Shown piece by piece: positions 60,548 to 64,000 of a stretch of DNA of 64,000 bases. Numbering within the stretch: position 1 is the first letter of the stretch; each line of letters starts with the position of its first letter. Source of the DNA: Escherichia coli (lineage in GTDB: Bacteria; Pseudomonadota; Gammaproteobacteria; Enterobacterales; Enterobacteriaceae); the NCBI RefSeq assembly GCF_002854065.1, contig NZ_CP024151.1, one strand, 5' to 3'. The notes under the pieces are model-generated. The model was not told the DNA's origin, ran no database searches, and worked only from the letters and a program-made list of their open reading frames with translations. The position numbers and the translations under genes are program-made.

Positions 60548-61487
60548 CCAGTGCTGTCTGTGGCGACTCCATCATCACTACTTTTTGCCCAAGATGGTGC
60601 CATGCCGTTTTTATCGAATCATAGATCAACGGGGCCCCACCACCGACAACATAAACACGATTCACATGATGAAAATCACCGAGCTCATTGACTACTTGCT
60701 CCCCCAGACTGGCAATAGCCCCCTCAATGGTATTAAGGACCAGATCAGTTTTTGTTTCGTCATTTATAACCTGCCGAACAAAGTCCGGGTCATTACGACG
60801 TTTAATCAATTCATCTGCAACGAGGAAACTGGTATCACTGGATGCCATGCGCAATGCACTCATTGCAGCTTTCGTAACTGAAGACACACCAATGCCAGAA
60901 TTACCATGAATGGCACTTACAGAGTCAAATTGACCAACGATAACACCAACATCAAGCGTAGTGCCGCCAATATCAACTACCAGCGATTTTTCGAACTGAC
61001 CAACTTTATCCATGACCAGACGAGAAAACACAGCTGGCAATGATTCAGGCATCACATCAACGTGTTCAATGGTGAAAACATCGCCTTTATTAAGACGAAT
61101 CGGCCTCATTAAATTCTCAATTTTACGCTGAATGTTGAGTTCATTTTTTTGACACTCTTTCGTGTAGAACTCACTGATAGGCAAAGTCACAGTCAATGAT
61201 ACAGGCTGAGGCGCTAATCCACTATTCAGTAAAGCGTGATGCACAGCTAACAGGTTAACATCCGTATATTGATACTCAATATGAGTCGTAAGAATAGATT
61301 GGTTGCTAACTTCATCATACGTGTATTTTTTACCATCCAGTTCATAGTTAAATGTCTGGCGAATCCCTAACCCGTCAACCTTCCATCCATGACGAAATGA
61401 GTTTTGCGACAACGACTTACAGATTTTCCCATTGTCATTCCATGCCAACTTGATTGTTGTTGAACCATCATCGCAGTATACGTTCAT
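60516..61487 (-). CDS. parM: ParM-like actin-type partition ATPase (StbA)
   Basis: 323 aa; MNVYCDDGSTTIKLAW... N-terminal phosphate-1 motif, ...VDIGGTTLDV... and ...VYVVGGGA... actin-fold motifs. Confidence 0.88.
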   Translation of the reverse strand: MNVYCDDGSTTIKLAWNDNGKICKSLSQNSFRHGWKVDGLGIRQTFNYELDGKKYTYDEVSNQSILTTHIEYQYTDVNLLAVHHALLNSGLAPQPVSLTVTLPISEFYTKECQKNELNIQRKIENLMRPIRLNKGDVFTIEHVDVMPESLPAVFSRLVMDKVGQFEKSLVVDIGGTTLDVGVIVGQFDSVSAIHGNSGIGVSSVTKAAMSALRMASSDTSFLVADELIKRRNDPDFVRQVINDETKTDLVLNTIEGAIASLGEQVVNELGDFHHVNRVYVVGGGAPLIYDSIKTAWHHLGQKVVMMESPQTALVEAIAAFKEE

Positions 61488-61715
61488 CTATAGCCCCTTA
61501 AATACTCAATCTGAGTAAATCACTGTTTCTGGTTGCAAGGTAATACTCAATTTGAGCACTATCATAGTTATGAAATCACAAAACACAAGTAATATTTATT
61601 ACATCATATGACATACTTCATATTTCATACTTCATAAATATGAATGCATGTTGACACATCAGGTTACCGTGTCAAAATATCATCATACTTCACACATCAC
61701 ATTTATGAGGTTGCA
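61488..61715. promoter_or_regulatory. Divergent promoter/centromere region between the parMR-like and parAB-like operons
   Basis: AT-rich intergenic region with short direct repeats (CATACTTCATATTTCATACTTCATAAATATGAA; TGAAATCACA motifs) between divergently transcribed partition operons. Confidence 0.55.
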
Positions 61716-62360
61716 ATGATTACTGTAGTTGGTGGGAACAAAGGTGGTTCAGGGAAAACTACCATTGCATCAAACCTGGCTATTGCTCTCGCAAATAAAG
61801 GAAGGGAAGTCTGCCTGTTAAACGGAGATCTACAACGAACAGCCGCAAAACATCATGCGGAACGAGAAGCTGCAGGACTGTTACCAGCAATAACCCTTGT
61901 TGAGAAATTTGATAACCTGACACAAACACTACAGGCTCTGAATGAAAAGTTCGATGATGTAATAGTGGATGTCGCAGGAAGAAACTCAAAGGAATTCATA
62001 ACGAGTGGAGTTGTCGCACATCAAATAATTGCGCCACTACAGTGTTCTCAACCAGATCTGGATACTCTTACAGAACTAGAACAACAGATAGACGCAATGC
62101 GTAACCTTAACCCGGAACTTAAGGTTTATTGTTTACAAAGTATGGCAACAACCAATCCGGTTTTGAGGGGAAATGAGAGAAAAGAATTCCTTGAATATCT
62201 TGAAGAATTCCCAACAATTCAAGTCCTGGATTCAGTTATTTGTTTCAGAAAAGTCTATCGCGATTGCATGAGCAACGGCACCGGTGTAGTAGAAACGAAC
62301 AATACAGCAGCCAGAGCAGAAATTGAACATTTAATGAATGAGGTATTTGGCCCATGGTGA
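61716..62360 (+). CDS. parA: ParA-family partition ATPase (small type Ib)
   Basis: 214 aa from MITVVGGNKGGSGKTTIASNLA (deviant Walker A); SD GAGG before ATG 61716. Confidence 0.88.
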   Translation: MITVVGGNKGGSGKTTIASNLAIALANKGREVCLLNGDLQRTAAKHHAEREAAGLLPAITLVEKFDNLTQTLQALNEKFDDVIVDVAGRNSKEFITSGVVAHQIIAPLQCSQPDLDTLTELEQQIDAMRNLNPELKVYCLQSMATTNPVLRGNERKEFLEYLEEFPTIQVLDSVICFRKVYRDCMSNGTGVVETNNTAARAEIEHLMNEVFGPW

Positions 62361-62629
62361 AGAAACCCAGCCAGCAAGCATTAAACAGAGCTGCAGTTAC
62401 GGTAGAACAAGCAGAGGCTCTGGCTCAGCGCCTTGCGGATAAACCATACGGCGCGCCGGAAAAACTCGAACCAGAAAAACAATGTCGGACGACAATCTCT
62501 CTTGGTGAAAGCATGCTTGTCACAATAGAAGATCTGGCATTGAGGAATAAACGCAATGGTAAAGATCCAAAAAATGTAAGTGCCATCGTCAGAGTAGCCC
62601 TTGAGCAATACTTAAAAACACTAACGTAA
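62354..62629 (+). CDS. parB: Small partition adaptor / centromere-binding protein (ParG/ParB-like, predicted RHH C-terminus)
   Basis: 91 aa immediately downstream of and overlapping parA; C-terminal ...VSAIVRVALEQYLK RHH-like. Confidence 0.65.
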   Translation: MVKKPSQQALNRAAVTVEQAEALAQRLADKPYGAPEKLEPEKQCRTTISLGESMLVTIEDLALRNKRNGKDPKNVSAIVRVALEQYLKTLT

Positions 62630-62639
62630 TAATCAAGAA

Positions 62640-62700
62640 GTTATTACTTATGAAATCACACTTATGAAATCACACTTGTGAATTCACACTGTTTAAGCAC
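62640..62700. repeat. Direct repeats downstream of the parAB-like operon (candidate second centromere site)
   Basis: CTTATGAAATCACACTTATGAAATCACACTTGTGAATTCACACT: three copies of a roughly 12-bp unit; the same TGAAATCACA motif occurs in the 61488..61715 region. Confidence 0.5.
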
Positions 62701-62780
62701 CCTTGCATACAAGAGATCACATATTGCAGTGGTCTCTTCTTTTATAGAATAAATCACAATTCATAATTATGATTTGTGAC

Positions 62781-63572
62781 TTATGCGTGTCTGTTTTTCA
62801 GCATTGTGACAGCATCGGACTCAGGCATCGAAAACTGCACCCGGTGCCGTGCAGCCACATCCAGCGCAAACACCTTCGTGTACACCTCTGTCGAACTAAT
62901 CGACTTGTGCCCCATCAGGCTCTGCAGCACCTTCAGCGGAATACCAGCATACAGCATATGCATCGCGTAGGAATGGCGGAAAGTATGTGGGGTAACCGGA
63001 ACAGAGAACGTCACGCCGTCGGCCGCAGCGGCCTCTACAGCTTCATTCAGCCAGGTGCGAACTGTGCGGTCGGTGATTCCCCAGATGCGCGCCTTCTCCA
63101 TTCTTCCGGTTCGTTTGTTTCTGCGCTCCAGTGGGATTTTCAGCGTGGCCACCATCATCTGCAGTTGGCTGACGTATTGTGTATCGGACAGGGGAACCAG
63201 GCGATGCACCTGACTGCCAGCAGGGACACGGCCTGCCGTTCTGGTCGCTTTTTCAGTCCGTTGTTTGAGCGTGGCCAGCTGTACGAACGGATATGGCGGC
63301 GCCAGAGAAAAATCTCCCCGCGTCAGCGCCAGCACTTCGTTTATACGTGCGCCCGTGTTCCACAGGGTGGCCAGCAACATTTTGCGGTGCAGATCCGGTA
63401 CATAGTGGAGCAGGGCGCTGATCTCCGGCGCCAACAGATATTTTGGTAATTCGTCCTGCACAAGTGCCATCTGACGTAGTGCCAGCGCAGCCGGGTAATC
63501 AATGGCAACAGGTAATGTTGCCGGAGGCGTTAAAAAAGAACCTGGCAGGGAAAGCAATTGTGGGCCACTCAT
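62781..63572 (-). CDS. resD: Tyrosine site-specific recombinase (ResD-like multimer resolvase)
   Basis: 263 aa; C-terminal catalytic signature ...HTFRHSYAMHMLYAGIPLKVLQSLMGHKSISSTEVYTKV (R..H-x-x-R..Y). Confidence 0.85.
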   Translation of the reverse strand: MSGPQLLSLPGSFLTPPATLPVAIDYPAALALRQMALVQDELPKYLLAPEISALLHYVPDLHRKMLLATLWNTGARINEVLALTRGDFSLAPPYPFVQLATLKQRTEKATRTAGRVPAGSQVHRLVPLSDTQYVSQLQMMVATLKIPLERRNKRTGRMEKARIWGITDRTVRTWLNEAVEAAAADGVTFSVPVTPHTFRHSYAMHMLYAGIPLKVLQSLMGHKSISSTEVYTKVFALDVAARHRVQFSMPESDAVTMLKNRHA

Positions 63573-64000
63573 GATGTCCCCTTTATGAAATCCTCAATCT
63601 CTTGCTCGGTCTTTTTAGACTTCTTTACCATTTCGTACTCCTTTTGGAGTGTTTTACCTCTGGCTTTCAACAATACCAACCTCGTTGGCGATAGTGTATC
63701 GGAAAGGCCGTGCAGAGGGAGGCCACATAACATTCTCAGTTCTCGTGATAACCGCAGTGCTTTTACTCCCAACATAGCTGCGTTTTTATGCAAACTATAT
63801 TCACCCGCTCCACCATAAGGAGTATCTTCAACAAACACATTATCTACACACACGACAGCTTCGTAGCTGAGAACAGAGAGTTCGCTGAGCCTATACATCA
63901 GGCCAGAAGGAAGGGAGCGCCAGTTACCAGATACCGGGGAATAATCGATTTCCGGTAATAAGAACTCAGCTTCTCCTCTGCCATCCTGATCGTGCTCCAC
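63569..64000 (-). CDS. Hypothetical protein, C-terminal part (gene starts beyond the right window edge)
   Basis: Open frame running to the window end, stop overlapping the resD-like start; no recognisable motif. Confidence 0.4.
   Translation of the reverse strand: MEHDQDGRGEAEFLLPEIDYSPVSGNWRSLPSGLMYRLSELSVLSYEAVVCVDNVFVEDTPYGGAGEYSLHKNAAMLGVKALRLSRELRMLCGLPLHGLSDTLSPTRLVLLKARGKTLQKEYEMVKKSKKTEQEIEDFIKGTS

Overview
This window reads as a contiguous segment of an F-like (IncFII / R100-type) conjugative plasmid, annotated from ORF translations and motif recall only; no searches were run. Left to right: (1) a chromosome-like cargo pair (partial Ser-type sulfatase, OmpC/PhoE-family porin) next to an intact IS2 and IS remnants; (2) a RelE/ParE-RHH toxin-antitoxin pair; (3) the RepFIIA replicon on the minus strand (oriR, repA1, leader/CopA region, copB) with an SrnB/Hok-like toxin; (4) finO and a complete tra operon on the minus strand (traX, traI, traD, traT, traS, traG, traH ... 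traA, traY, traJ, traM) ending at oriT; (5) the leading region (about 41.2-58 kb), organised as an establishment/anti-defence island: three dispersed ~620-bp GC-rich repeats resembling Frpo/ssi single-strand promoters, hok/mok/sok, psiA-psiB, a ParB-like nuclease-domain protein, ssb, two orphan methyltransferases, klcA/ardB and about ten uncharacterised genes; (6) a LexA-box-controlled dinI/umuD/umuC-like operon whose umuC homologue carries a -1 frameshift; (7) a divergent double partition locus (ParM/ParR and ParA/small RHH ParB) and a ResD-like tyrosine recombinase. The best candidates for undescribed biology are the uncharacterised leading-region cassettes, each sitting behind a hairpin-rich GC-rich block where early-expressed anti-defence genes are known to cluster. 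None of these has a function I can assign from sequence.
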